Source: Phoronis australis (taxonomy: Eukaryota; Animalia; Phoronida). Taken from it: a stretch of DNA of 64,000 nucleotides. Positions 50,979 to 64,000 of this stretch are shown here, piece after piece. The DNA lies in NCBI GenBank assembly GCA_002633005.1, contig NMRA01000545.1, forward strand, positions 93,690-157,689, read 5' to 3'. The position numbers and the translations under genes were made by a program. The notes under the pieces are model-generated. The model did not search any database. It worked only from the letters and a program-made list of their open reading frames with translations, and was not told where the DNA came from. Position 1 is the first letter of the stretch; the number at the start of each line of letters is the position of its first letter.

Positions 50979-52858
50979 GTGCATAATCATACATGTAACT
51001 TTGAAGTACCTTCGCATAGTCTTCCGCGTAGCCAATGCTCGGCTACAGAGGTTAAGTTTGACTCATCGCGAGGGTACGCCAGATTTCAGCAACAGTACCT
51101 GTTTAGGTAATAAATTAGAGGAAATATTAATCAACAAATGTCTCATCTTTAAAGCCATATCTTGAAATTGATTCAAAGTACCAGCCTGAAGTGAGCAATT
51201 ACCGTGTCACGGTGACTACCCGGACGTGCTAGCGCAGTGCGTAATTGGCAGCAAATCGGTACCGGCTTTACTGGCCGTTAAAAATGTAAAACAGAAAAAA
51301 ATACATCCATATACGGCGATGTTTCGAAAAACAAAAACAAGTTTTATGTCAAAACACTGATCACCACATCTGTGCTTGATTTTGCTGCCCGCACACAGTA
51401 ATCGGCGAAGTACCGGTAATTCCCTGGCCTGCAGTCGCCGTGACTACTATTCGCCGGGAAAATAATCACTTGCTAAATTGCCTTTGATTTTCAATAACAT
51501 GCATCAACAAAATATATTTTCAGACCTCAAAAAACAAACTTACAATATCATATGCCTCTGTTGTCTAACTATAAAAATTTCACGTCGCAAACTGGGGCGA
51601 GGGGAGTGTAGTGTTTTTTCGTCAATGAGCTGAATGTCGGCGATAGGAAAATCCAGGACCGTTAGGAGCATGACGTGTTATTTTTTAATCTGTTTGTCAC
51701 GGGAATTTCACTCAATCAGGGGCGGGTAGCTACAGTNCCCGGCAAAATAATTTCTGTTAACATTTATTTTGCCATATTTTGTCAACATTTTCAACACAAA
51801 TTGTCCCTGTTTTGGTTTTATTAAAGTACAGGTCCACTGTCGATTATTTTATCCCCGTTTGCTGGCCGGTAACAGACTCTGCTCCAATTGCACAGATAGC
51901 ATTCTTAAGCCTGTGGGTTCCTGAATGAACTGTACTTCCGGTTTCGTGGTTAGTTCAAAATGGCGGTGTGATCTTCGGGTCGAAATCGTAAGTGACGCGT
52001 TTATTTAAACTTTCTTCGACCACGGATTGTGTAATGGTTATGGGATAAGTACTGCGAGGTTCCTTATAAAGTCTTCGAAACATTTAATAAGAATTAAAAA
52101 CGTGTGCTTCTAAGACTTTAACAACAATTGCGTTCCCGTGCATTTCGAAAGCCCGGAAGTATTTCAAGAAAAATTAACAGTGTCGCCAAAGATTCCTGCT
52201 GACTGCCGGGATACCGGTATTCTTGTTACTACTACTAGCAGGCATTGAGTACACAAACCGGACATGAATAAAATTTCCCGGTATTATAGTAGACCAGGAA
52301 AGTTTGGTGAAATTCAAAACACTACGTAAATCGTGTCCTAATGCAAATATTTTCCGCTAAATTTCACATAAACATGGTGTTCTGAGATATTTGTGGCGAT
52401 ATACTTTTTCAGCGTCTAGAACAACAGTGACGAATGAAAGACAGTTTTCTGAAGTGGAACAGTATACAGTATCTGTCATCGTACGTAATTGACTACTACG
52501 CAGACACTGACGTGTAGATCGCCGAAGTGATGAACTAAACAGTTTTTGCAAAAACAGGCTGTGGAAATACTGTGCTTGATAATTGCGTAGCAGTTCAATT
52601 TCGAGCACCAGTGTGTGAAATTTTCGGTTACGAAGAATGCTATCTGGATCCAGCCAAGAAAGCAAACCAGCCAGAGCATATGTAAAATAACAAATATTCA
52701 CTTTGTTCCAAAAACCGTCACAGATTTGAATTCTCTCGTAACTTGAGGAATCTCGTACTTGACAGCTTGAATGCGACTACTTTGGATACAGGATATACAT
52801 TGAAAGATGACTTTAATGTTCAACTCTTGATTTTTGTGAATGGGATACTTCAGGTAAT

Positions 52859-53860
52859 ATGGATGCTTCTGATAACGGATCGGCTTGGTTTCTTGACGAC
52901 CAAGTTTCCGTGTACTTTATTTATGCAAGAGTTGTGATGCAAGTGTTTTGGATGTTTTACATATCACTCAGCAACGGACTAATCATTTTCTGCATTCTTA
53001 AGTATAAACTCTGGGAAAAGTCCTACAATGTTTTTATCGTCGGTCTTGCAGTTACTGATCTTCTTGTGGGTACCGTAGTCTTACCCATAGACATTTGGTG
53101 TAAGTTTGGTGTTCGCGTTTTGTGGTCAGCCAACGGATCACCAAGTGGCCTACAAGCGTCTGTGTCTGGCTGTATGTTTCTCATCTTTATCTCCGGATTA
53201 CCGTTGTTTTGTTCGTACGCAACCATTGCTTTCATTTCGTTGGATCGTTTTATCAGCATAGTTTTCCCGCTTCGTCACCACACTATTTCAAGTCCGGTCA
53301 AGAATGCTCTATTTGTAGTGATCGGGTTTCTGTCGATGGCCAGTCTCCTGGGAACCTCTTGTCTGATACCGGTCATTTCCACTAACGCAAGGCCATACGA
53401 CCCCTTTAAGGAGAGGTGTACGTACAACCTACTGCCCAGTACTACAAAGAGTGTTCTTAGCGTTGTATTTGTTATCATATTAGGCGTTAGCTACTTTTGC
53501 CACATTTTTGTTGCCCAAAGGGCATGTCGGTCGCGAAACGCCATCGCTCCGTCGAATTTAGCAGCGAGAAATAATCAAAAGATTAAAACTGCAAAGGGGA
53601 CATTTCTGATTTTGGCCGCGTTCACTGCCTGCCTTATGCCTTCTGCGGTGTTAAAAGCATTGCCGATGTCGAAGAACAATACAGTTACCATCGAGTACAT
53701 CGATTACATATTTGTGGATATAGTTTATCTAAATTCTGCGTTCAATCCACTTATATACACTTATTCGTATTCCGAAATACGGAAGTTCGTAACGAAAGTC
53801 TTGTGTTTGATTGCCAGAAAGTACCGCATAGGGACATCAACGTCGACAACACAGACTTGA
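52859..53860 (+). CDS. Intronless rhodopsin-like (class A) GPCR, orphan
   Basis: 333 aa with seven hydrophobic segments. Motifs SN in TM1, LAVTDLLVG, SLDRF, CLMP and NSAFNPLIY. Confidence 0.93.
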   Translation: MDASDNGSAWFLDDQVSVYFIYARVVMQVFWMFYISLSNGLIIFCILKYKLWEKSYNVFIVGLAVTDLLVGTVVLPIDIWCKFGVRVLWSANGSPSGLQASVSGCMFLIFISGLPLFCSYATIAFISLDRFISIVFPLRHHTISSPVKNALFVVIGFLSMASLLGTSCLIPVISTNARPYDPFKERCTYNLLPSTTKSVLSVVFVIILGVSYFCHIFVAQRACRSRNAIAPSNLAARNNQKIKTAKGTFLILAAFTACLMPSAVLKALPMSKNNTVTIEYIDYIFVDIVYLNSAFNPLIYTYSYSEIRKFVTKVLCLIARKYRIGTSTSTTQT

Positions 53861-54721
53861 CAGGCGACCCCTGCGAATGATACAATGTAGTAAAATATGG
53901 CCTTAATGGTAACACAAATACCCCATAAACTGATTCTATTTCCGTTGCCAAAAAGAGCATCGAAAACATAAACGACTCAAGAAAATACTTCAGATTTTTT
54001 TGTGGTTGACACATCCTAAATTTGTGATTTCGAAAATAGCACACGCATTGCGTGTCACTTGAGTTGGCTACGTAAAATTCAAGCTACGTTGGAATCGAAA
54101 GCACTGTTTAAACTTTAGATTTTTTTCAATTTCCAGCCACAGTATTTCCGTGCTGATCACATCAGTAGACTAACAGATTAGGCAAGATCATGAAAGACCT
54201 GTGGTCCAAAAGTTCTATTTTTTACAAAATAAACGCTGATTCGGTTAGCTTTTATGCTATACATTTATAGCACAAAAATCGAAATCTTATAGACTGATCC
54301 ACATAGTAGTGGGGCCTCTTTGAATTAAGAAATTTCTCGAATTAAAACTCAAGTCAATTATACCTGTAACTTATTTTTTGCCAAAGAATTACGAGCGTGA
54401 TAAGCATGTTTCAGCCACAGGCATCCTCAGCTTCTGATCGTTCCCAATACACTACATATAATACTACAAGGTATGACACTCCGGACAAGAAATTCCACGG
54501 GTGCTTCACTTCAGCCGTCCATAGCAAACACAAATCCAAATAAATTTACACAAAACAGACGTTCAACAAACCATGAGGAATTCTTCTTTCTCTCAATACC
54601 ATTTACGGTGTCCTGTTCCGGCGACTTCGTAAGAAATTCGCAGTCAAAGAACAAAAATGTTCCCAAAAAGTCCAAACACACAACTGTGAACGGCTCGAGG
54701 TCAAGGACGGTACGGAAATTG

Positions 54722-55579
54722 CCGGTTTGTTGCGTAAAGTCACGATGTCGATAACGCCGTCCATCCGTAAATTTCATCGGTAGACTGCCCAGTAACTCGT
54801 GTATACCAGCATAATCGTGACAGCTAGCTGCACTTGCAAAACGAGCACATTTGTATAACAATACAATGGGGTTGGCTCTGCATAGACCAACTAACAACAT
54901 CAATCTCTTGATATTCAAATCACTACAAGTCAGACCAAATTGTGACACACTTGTGCCAAAGGTTTCTCTGAATTGGTGAAAACAGTTTTGAATAAAGCCC
55001 TCAACGCTTAGTACATACAATGAGCTATACCAGGTATAGCTCATTGGTAGATACAAGTATTTAGAATTTGGATTACAATTACTTTACTATACCACTCGCA
55101 CTTTCCTTCAATTACTTTACTATACCACTCGCACTTTCCTTCAATTACTTTACTATACCACTCGCACTTTCCTTCAATTACTNCCGGTTTGTTGCGTAAA
55201 GTCACGATGTCGATAACGCCGTCCATCCGTAAATTTCATCGGTAGACTGCCCAGTAACTCGTGTATACCAGCATAATCGTGACAGCTAGCTGCACTTGCA
55301 AAACGAGCACATTTGTATAACAATACAAAGGGGTTGGCTCTGCATAGACCAACTAACAACATCAATCTCTTGATATTCAAATCATATACAAGTCAGACCA
55401 AATTGTGACACACTTGTGCCAAAGGTTTCTCTGAATTGGTGAAAACAGTTTTGAATAAAACCCTCAACGCTTAGTACATACAATGAGCTATACCAGGTAT
55501 TGCTCATTGGTAGACACAAGTATTTAGAATTCGGATCACAATTACTTTACTATACCACTCGCACTTTCCTTCAATTACT
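54722..55579 (+). repeat. Near-identical ~390-bp tandem duplication around the N at 55183, with a 33-bp repeat in 3 copies
   Basis: 54722-55110 matches 55184-55579. Unit caattactttactataccactcgcactttcctt. Confidence 0.9.
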
Positions 55580-56759
55580 ATACAGCAATGGTAATTCTAT
55601 TTTTGCAAATTTTAACCTGAAGTTACACGCCTTCATAAGCACAATTTTAACAGACAGGTTGGACACAAATGTGGATAAATGGAATTCAAAACGTTCGTAT
55701 TGTTATTACACGGTGTTGTGTATTAGATAATAATTTCAATATCGGCTTATCTTTCTATAGGTTTGAGTATGCACCTATATCCATATTTCCATTGCATGTA
55801 AGCCTCTTTTAAGACCTTACAATTAAAGATGTTAACTCTTTATCATATAAGCACAACGTGAGTGTGTGTACGAAATGTGCGTGAAAGTCCTTCCTCATTC
55901 AGTTACATTCATCGTTTCTCATGTGTTGACTTACTACATAATTATTGCTTACTGTTCTGTAAAGGCTAGATCTGAGGCGTCCAAGCTTAGACACGCCTTT
56001 CTATATTGTCTGGACAATAAATGTATATAAAAAACTTTCAGCGACAATTTCGTTGGTTATTACGTGATTTCGACCGTAAGTTCCGGCGCACATTGTCCTA
56101 TTGATGAAGCAACAGAAACACAGTGCCCACTTTGATATCATTGAGCTCGTTCGAACGTATAGTACGTGAAAGATTAAATCATAATTTTGACGTGCTTGAC
56201 ATTTGAAATAAACGACCCTCTTATTGCGCGATCAGCCTGCAAATTTATGCTCATAGTATACAAGCAGTTTTCAAAATCAACAATATACAGTCCGACAGAA
56301 GTTCGACGAACTGTGCCAAAACTGATTGGTGAGTTTGACGTGCTTAGCATCTTTGATTAACGACATTTTTATTGCTTGATCAGCCAGCAAACCTCATGCT
56401 CGTGATATAATAGTAGTTTACAAAATAAAGACAGAAGACTGTCAATTAAGATTGAATTATTCGGCAGATACTTCAGTTTTGTCGAGCTATAGTCACAGTT
56501 TAATAAAATGTTGTCGCCCGAGTTGCTAATTGCTTATTTGTGCATGTGCATATACTTACAAGGCGATTTACGACACTTTCGACTTACGTACTGTGCGGGT
56601 AGCAACATCCGTGTTGTGAATTGGCCGAGATTAACCGGAAATTAAAGGTGTTACTGTTGTAAAGAAATGGATATGTATACATATTATGATCACAAGTCAT
56701 ACAAAAGTTAAGAATATGGGGAAATTATGAATCTATACTGGGCTTGTTTGAGGTACAAT

Positions 56760-57190
56760 CGGAAACGACGTTTCGTCAGCCATTGCTGACTAAATCAAGT
56801 CAGTGCGACATCTGTTGGAAAAATTAAGTTGAGAATGAGTCAAATGGCGGGAAATCTTCACTGGGGACTTTTAAGTCACGTAAAAGTGTGTGCCGTGTTA
56901 AATCCACGCCTACCTCACTTGTTTAGGGAGGGATGTTTGAACCTTGCATAAATGCATTCTTTTACACCACGTTCAAAACAGATTTTCCTTGTCCAGGATC
57001 AGTACATCATGCAGATTAACAGAATGAGCCGATTCCCGCTAATGAGTGAACATGGCTTAGTTATAGGTGTCGCTGTAGCTAGGTCGTAGATGCTGACGGC
57101 ACGATTCCCTCAACATTCCCGACTGTCTCCAGCGGCATGTCACACAGGCTCGATTAAGTCAGCAGTGTCCGTCGAAACGTTGGTGGAAAT
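56760..57190 (-). mobile_element. Penelope 3' fragment with an inverted pLTR piece
   Basis: Minus strand reads HSVNLHDVLILDKE and FERGVKECIY..KHPSLNK (GIY-YIG tail). Degenerate hammerhead-like ends ...GCTGACGAAACGTCG (minus, ~56765) and ...GTCGAAACGTTGG (plus, ~57175). Confidence 0.65.
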
Positions 57191-58618
57191 TCTCAAGCAT
57201 TTAGTTTGGTACAGAATCACACTTTTCCTCAAATGGAAACGTAGCCACGGTTTTGTTCCTCGAATCTTGTCAAACTTCGACTGTGTGCTTCTTTTTGGAT
57301 AACTACTGCAACCTATCTCCGTTGAAAACTATGGTATCATTTGTTTGCATTTTAAAAATGTTCTACTCTTCATGTATGTAATAAACTGAGCCAGTTTTAA
57401 TTGTTTATTGTGTTGCTGGTCAGGTTCAGAAATCCTGAAGAACCAAAGTACTGGGCAAGCAGCAGTTTTTATTCCTATGTCGATGTATTTATTGCACGTA
57501 GTCATTTCCGTGTTCGGGATTTCTTACTGTTTTTCAAGACAAGTGTGGACATGTAGAGCTTATACCTGAGATCTTTATGTAGTATATTGCGATGCGGCGC
57601 ACTTGTCTATACTCCAGATGAGCCCAAAAGAATACATCAAATTATAATCAAATTAGTAAGCGCTATATGCGATATAAACAACTAAGGTAAAACAAGCTTC
57701 AAATACTTGTGAAATTAGTGTCCGTGAAACAACGCAAAAAGTTACAGCTGAAGGCCTTACCCCAGTCGAAACGAGATTGAAATGTATCTTCTCGACGGTT
57801 ACATTGAATAATAATTATTGAGACTGCAGCACAATCCCGCTGTACATAGACACGTACATGTATTGCTGTGCACTGCTGCAGTTACGTGTTCTTCTGTCAC
57901 AACTGATTTGTGGTCCTAGTGAAACCTAGGTGACAGCGATAAACGCCCGATGATTGAGAAGAAAATATATCTAAACTCTATATTTTGCCCAAGTAATATA
58001 CGCCTAAGATGTCTAAAACCAAAACCAGAAATTAATGTAGTCTTAAGATATATCGGTTTGTTTCAGTCAAATATTTGTACCTTGTGTAAATGAAACCCGA
58101 ACGCACTGAACATCCTTTTTGTTGTTGCTCAGTTGTAAATGATTTATATGACAAAATAAACACAATATGTTACCTATGAGTTATCACAAGAAACATTGTT
58201 CTTTTGCTTAATAAACACTATTTTTTGAAATCAAATTCTTAATTAATTACCCTATTGGTGAAAACAACACTTTCCCTGTAGGCAACGAGAATGTGAACTT
58301 CTTTGTGTTCTAGTTTTTGAGGACAGACTGTAAATATACTACAAGATGGAAAAATATAATTTCCGTCAAAACAGAAAATGTGCTGAAGTGGTTGGGATTT
58401 CTCTCCACTTAAACACTGTATGGAGACTAATGTGCATGCGGAGTGCTTGCTTTGTGATTGCAGAGATATGTAAATGTCACCGCAGTGTCTTGTTTTCAAA
58501 GATATCACACCAATTGCACTATAAATGTGAGAAATCTTAAGATAACTGTGAACCTTGTTTATCAGGTTGTACTTTTGTGCAAGTTTCTGAAATTCCGTTA
58601 GCTCTAATCCCTACAAAG

Positions 58619-58874
58619 TATATTTTCTGAAAGGTGAATAAATTTCCTAACGAGATTTGTTTTTCTTATTGACGTGTGTTTTTACGAGATACGCATGTTT
58701 AGTTAAAAAGGTTTTTTGACAAAAGACCAATATGGTTGGAGGAACAATATTTTTAAAATCTCTGTTAAAAATCAAAATTTGTTTACTAAAATCGCATATC
58801 TCGTGAAAAATGAAAACAAGTAAATAAGAGTAATAAATTGTGTTAGGAAATTTATCCACCTTTCAGAAAATATA
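58619..58874. mobile_element. MITE with TIRs of about 33 bp
   Basis: tatattttctgaaaggtgaataaatttcctaac pairs with gttaggaaatttatccacctttcagaaaatata. Confidence 0.8.
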
Positions 58875-59205
58875 TAATTATTTTGTTGGGATTAGATCTA
58901 ACAAAATTTAAGTACAACCTGGTAAACAAGGTTCACAGCTACCTTAACAGAAGAGAAACGGTTTGCAAGATCATTTGGCACTCACCTAAAGAATTATTTC
59001 AAGTGCGCACATTAGGCCCTGCCCACCAGTCTCCGTTTTCAGCTGAAATCGCATTTTTCTTTACAAGTGCGACTTCCGCCCACACGTATCCACTGAACTT
59101 AATTATCAAAATGGCAAACTTTGACAACTTTAACATTTAAAAATGCATTTTTGTACGGATGCAGTTGCTTCTTACTCGTAGCCAGAATTCAAAACTTTTA
59201 TAAGG

Positions 59206-59373
59206 GCTCTCCAGCTTGAAATCTTTTGAAAAGCAAGTTTTACTTTACGGAGGCAGTTCTGTCCGCACTCATCCATCCATAACTAAGACTCAAACCACAA
59301 TAGCGCTCTCCAGCTTGGACTCTTTTGAAACTCAAGTTTTACTTTACGGAGGCAGTTCCGTCTGCACTCATCC
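59206..59373 (+). repeat. Tandem duplication with a period of about 99 bp
   Basis: gctctccagcttg...caagttttactttacggaggcagttc...gcactcatcca occurs twice. Confidence 0.85.
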
Positions 59374-61786
59374 ACAACCAAGACGCAACTTTGGAAAACG
59401 CAGACGTCACGGCTGTGAACCTGAATTCTGACGCATACTTAATTGTGCATGCCGATTCACGTTACGGTAACAAATGGGTTTCGCAACAGCTAAATGTTTA
59501 CGTGAACGTGAAATTAAACGTGAACTGAATAACTGAGTTCAGGATTTCCAGTTATCGTAGTACATAATATGCACTACGATAACTGGACATCCTGATATTA
59601 TCCGCTACAGATATGCAAGATACAAATATATGTTGAATGTGAAAGAAGTCGTTTCTACGAACTCCTGCGAAAAATGATCAACTCATATAATGCGAAATAT
59701 TCACAGTTTAAAATAAATAGAGGCAAGTAAATTAAGCATATAAAAATTTTGACTACAAAAAGTCATATCTGTTAAAATCCATTCTAGTTCGATGATTTCC
59801 AGCGAACCCCGGCAGAATAAGGATTTTGGAAAAAACCTTCCTTCAGCTAGAATTTAAGAACATATATGGACAAAAAATCGAGTTCATTTTATACTGAAGC
59901 AAAGAAGAAAGGTGGGGAATCCTATCAAAACAAAAACTGTTTCGATTTCTTGCCAAATAATGGCCCACAGGCTTCGCGTAGCCACGTGAATCTCGCTGTG
60001 TTTGCGTAAAATACGTAGAAAATAAATCCGAAACTAAAAAAGACGCGATCCATATCCTCTAAAGAATACACTTGTTTGTCGAAAAGTAGAATAAATATAC
60101 GTAAATAAAACAACAAAAATGGATCACTGAAATTGTCGGATACAATAACATCCTTCGTCAACAGAAACAGAAATAAAGTAAAATCAAACACTATATGACA
60201 ATTGACATTTGATATATGGCGTAATGAGCATGATACATTGTTTCGGAAAAAAGGATACAATTTAAGAAGTCTTTTTGTTCAATCCTTTAGGTTCAAGTGC
60301 GCTAAAAATCGTTCACAGTCCGCCATTTTTTCACGGTGTTGTAAAGCTAACCAATGACTGCTGAGGTTACATCAACCAATGCTAAAGCGCGTGCCCCTGC
60401 GCGCTGGCTTGGCACGTAGGGAACCGCAAACGCGACCCAGTCGCAAAATTACCTTTTTTTACTCTCGCGACATCTAGCGACCAGATAGCATTTTACCGGA
60501 TGTAGCTCTTTGACCTCCTTCTGATTCCAGCATTTGCTGATACAAAAACGCACTGCGATCGAAAGAGAATTTACAAGCGACATTTAACTGCATTGCGTCT
60601 TCTGTTACAAATTTAGTGTTTGCTTCTAATTGCTAAAGTGTTCAAGATTACAGTTGTATAGCCATAATTACTAAGTAGTGCATAATTTGTCATTTATCGT
60701 TAGTTTGCAGCTCCGTGTTTAACGGTCTAGAGTAGAAAATTGTTTTGTTATCTTGGTAACCGTTCGTTAGGTGTTAGTTTTCATAATATATAAGTGTTCT
60801 AGTTACTAATAAATTCAGTTTTAGACTTCCAGACGTTTGACCTGCGACAATTCATCGAATGACAATGAGGGTGAGTCCATAACGTTATTGCATCTGTACT
60901 TTATGGCTAACCTCAACTGCGGTGGTTCCGACTTTTCTGAGAGAAAACTGTGAGCGCCAGAACTGTTTCGATGTCAGGTCATGTCTTTTGCATCATGTTG
61001 GCACTTGTATAGCTATAGCCAGGTTTACCCAAACACAGGGAATCGAACCGTGACTCCGATAAAACCTGCAAGTGAAGTGTGCTAACTAACAGAGACTCAT
61101 ACAAATCTCCAGAAGCACGTTTACAACAATTTGTTGAAAAAAAACTAAATTGTGATTTAGGTCACTTATTGCCTGCCCTTTGATCTTGTAAGGAACTGAC
61201 AATCTGTCAGTGATAATCTTACATGACTTAATCGGCCACAGTATTTTACAGTCCATACACAGGTCGTACTGGAATTTTGATAACAGTAGACTACCATTAG
61301 TAAAATTTATTTAAGTTTGTGTTTAAGATTTAACTAGTCAACATTAGCACAAGTGATAGTTTCTCACAATGGGACTTAATATACAAATATTTACATCTAT
61401 ACCACAGTTTAATAGCACAGAGCCGAGAGACTTCTATTTGTTAAATTATCATTAATTTTTATACTATAGCTTGGAACAATGAATGGTTTTCACAGTTACA
61501 CTGTTGTAAATTTTGTGAAATGTTATTACTTTGTCATAGAAACAACTGATTCTATTACAAACAGTTAAATATTTATTCTAGGTTAGGCTGTCCGCAAAAC
61601 TCAAATTGATCGCTACATGCAATTTGACTCTAACCATCCTCTCACGCAAGCTCAGTTGTGATCCTCCGGCCATTTCATGAATATGAAGCAATGAAATTTA
61701 GCTTGACTTTGTAATGATCAAATAATACGTTGTTTACATTGAAAACTTGTATTCTTTTACAAACGCAACTTTCAATTAAACGCAAC

Positions 61787-64000
61787 TTAAACATAGTTCT
61801 TCAAGTACGAGGGTTGTTTCCGAAAACGAGCAGGATAGTCTCTCATTTTGCCGTAAAAGCATCGCATCACGTTGCTGATGTTTTGCACATCTCTCTCACA
61901 GAATGTCAAAGAGTTCATCATCGGTTATTTCGGTGTCTCCCGCTAAGTTTCGCGCTTTTGTCGGTTTGAAGTGCGATGAGTTTCGCGTCACCATCCTCCC
62001 ATCAGTGTTCCTTTGGGCTATGATCATAGATCCTCTGACTTCAATCACCTTGTATGAATTATTTTCATATGTTGTAGACAACTTATCTGTCTGCTGTTGC
62101 TTCAAAAGCACACTATCACCTATACTTATCCTAGCAGGTTTCACACGCAATTTCTTATCACCATGCTTTTTCATAATCCCTTTGGATTTTGCATTCTTTA
62201 GTATCACACGTGTATCACACAGGTATTATTCAACATTTGGGAACTTAATGGAAAATTCCTTTCCAAACAACAATTGAGCAGGTGATTTACCTGTGGTTGA
62301 ATGAGGGGTTACACGATAACTACGTAGGAATCTATGCAATCCTTGTTTCCATGGCAATCCATCTTGGCCTGATTTCACCAAAGCATTTTTCAATGGTTGC
62401 ATAAAGCGTTCAACTTCACCATTGGCTCTGGGCCACAGTTGTGAAATCTTCCTGTGTTTGAAACCATAATGCTTTGCAAAATCTTTGAACATTTTTCCAT
62501 TAAAGGGGTGTTAATTATCCGTTAGCAGAATATCAGATATTCCGAACACGGAGAATACATTGTCGAGCTCTGGAATGACGGTATTCGCAGACGTTGAACG
62601 TACAGTTTCAACAACTGGGTATCTGGCGTAATCGTCCATAATCACCATCAGGTATTCACCATTTGGAAACGGTCCAGTGAAATCAAGACTTATAGACTCG
62701 GACCATGGTTTCTCAGGTAATTCAGACATTTTCTGTGGCTCATAATGTTGCTTACTGTCAGCAACTTCGCAAGACGCACACTGACTGATCATATGTTCAA
62801 CCACGCACCAAGAATTTCATTTTTACCATACCTTGACGACCTTCATGAGCAGGTGAAAGCGCCCTCTGTTGTAGAGATTTTGACATCACTAATTTCACAC
62901 CGCGCAACGCAATATTATTATCAGGGTATACAGAGAGTTTTTCCTACAAGCTGGAATGATTTCAGAGTGTTCAAATCAACATATGAACTTGGTTCTCTGT
63001 GCCATGTGTTGTTCACAATTTTTTAATAACAAATTGGAGCGTATCATCTTCTTTGGTTGCGTCAGCAATTTCTTCTTTCGTGAGAGCCTTCGGAATTGTA
63101 TGGTCAAGAATAAAGTTCACGTATTCTTCAGCAACTTTCGCATTCCGAGGTGATTTCTGATTCGGTAGCGGGTGTCGCGATAATAATCAGCAGGATTACC
63201 AACTCTTGGTCGGTACACAATTTTACAGTTATAGGGTTCTAATCTGAGAGCCCACCTTTGAACTCTAGCAGTCGCTTTAGATTTTGAATTTTTCCAAATT
63301 CTCTCAGCAGCTTGATTGTCGGTATAAGCTGTGAATGGATTTCCATATAAGTACAAATGGAAATGTTCGGCACTCCAAACAACGGCAAGAGCTTCACGCT
63401 CTGTTTGTGAGTAGCGTTGTTCAGTATCAATGAGTGCTCTTGATCCGTAACTGATAACTTTGGCATTTTGTGTCAAGATACCACAGAGACCGACTGGACT
63501 GGCGTCGACATACAGTTCAGTATTCCTATCAGGATCAAAGTACGCCATGCACTGGTCACCTATGAGTATGTCAGGGAATGTTTCATGTAGTTTTTGTGTT
63601 CATCAGTCGAATATCAGCTAACATCTCGCTCAGTCAACTATCTCAATGGGTGAGTGTAAGCAGTGCATAACCAGGGATAAATATGGACAGACATGTTGTC
63701 ATCCCTAGGAAACTTTTCAGTTCCGTGGAACTTTTCGGGCAACTAGCAGCTTTTAGTGCCTCAACCTTTTTTGGTCAGGCAGAATTCCATCTGCAGAGAA
63801 TATGTGTCCATAAAAAGACAAATATGACTGTCCGAATTTGCATTTTGCCTCATTCAGTTTCAGACCTTTTTCTCGAAGCCTGTTGAGTACAGCTCTTAGA
63901 TTTTCATCATGCTGTTTTATGGTTTAACCGAAGACAATAATGTCATCGCTGAAATTTCGGGTACCGTTCAGACCTTGCAATACTTGTTCAGTGCAATTCT
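61787..64000 (-). mobile_element. Ty3/Gypsy pol (RT-RNase H-integrase), frameshifted, continues beyond the window
   Basis: SDDIIVFG, VDASPVG...YSQTEREALA...TDN, LDFTGPF...DDYARYP, PRANGEVERF, YRVTPHSTTGKSPA. Confidence 0.93.

Noticed and set aside
54511-55056. 181-aa ORF with FLFFDCEF, faintly like an exonuclease motif
   Set aside because: No further motifs or splice support, and it overlaps the suspected assembly duplication.
54722-55579. Tandem duplication as a biological event
   Set aside because: Near-identical copies abut an N, which is typical of uncollapsed contig overlap or haplotypes.

Overview
AT-rich, repeat-dense animal genomic DNA, probably from a marine invertebrate (inference). 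It contains spliceosomal introns and five single-N positions (30802, 47161, 49976, 51737, 55183) that probably mark collapsed gaps. The main feature is a 12-exon minus-strand gene spanning 46947 to 10473, which I assembled by hand from GT-AG sites with matching phases. It encodes a ~745-aa secreted protein: signal peptide, PAN/Apple, Cys-rich EGF-like, CTHRC1 C-terminal domain, fibronectin type II, then two more CTHRC1 C-terminal domains, with no collagen repeat. Its introns hold a full-length Ingi/I-group LINE with a TSD, a decayed Ty3/Gypsy element with a tRNA-Leu PBS, a Polinton/Maverick polB relic with an apparent intron, a Mutator-like MITE and an inverted Kolobok pair. Elsewhere are an intronless rhodopsin-family GPCR, a SUEL-lectin-like exon, a transmembrane terminal exon, a 5'-inverted Penelope element with a hammerhead motif, a palindromic 18-bp satellite, a THAP/Kolobok fragment and a second Gypsy pol at the right edge. 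No rRNA or CRISPR array was found.
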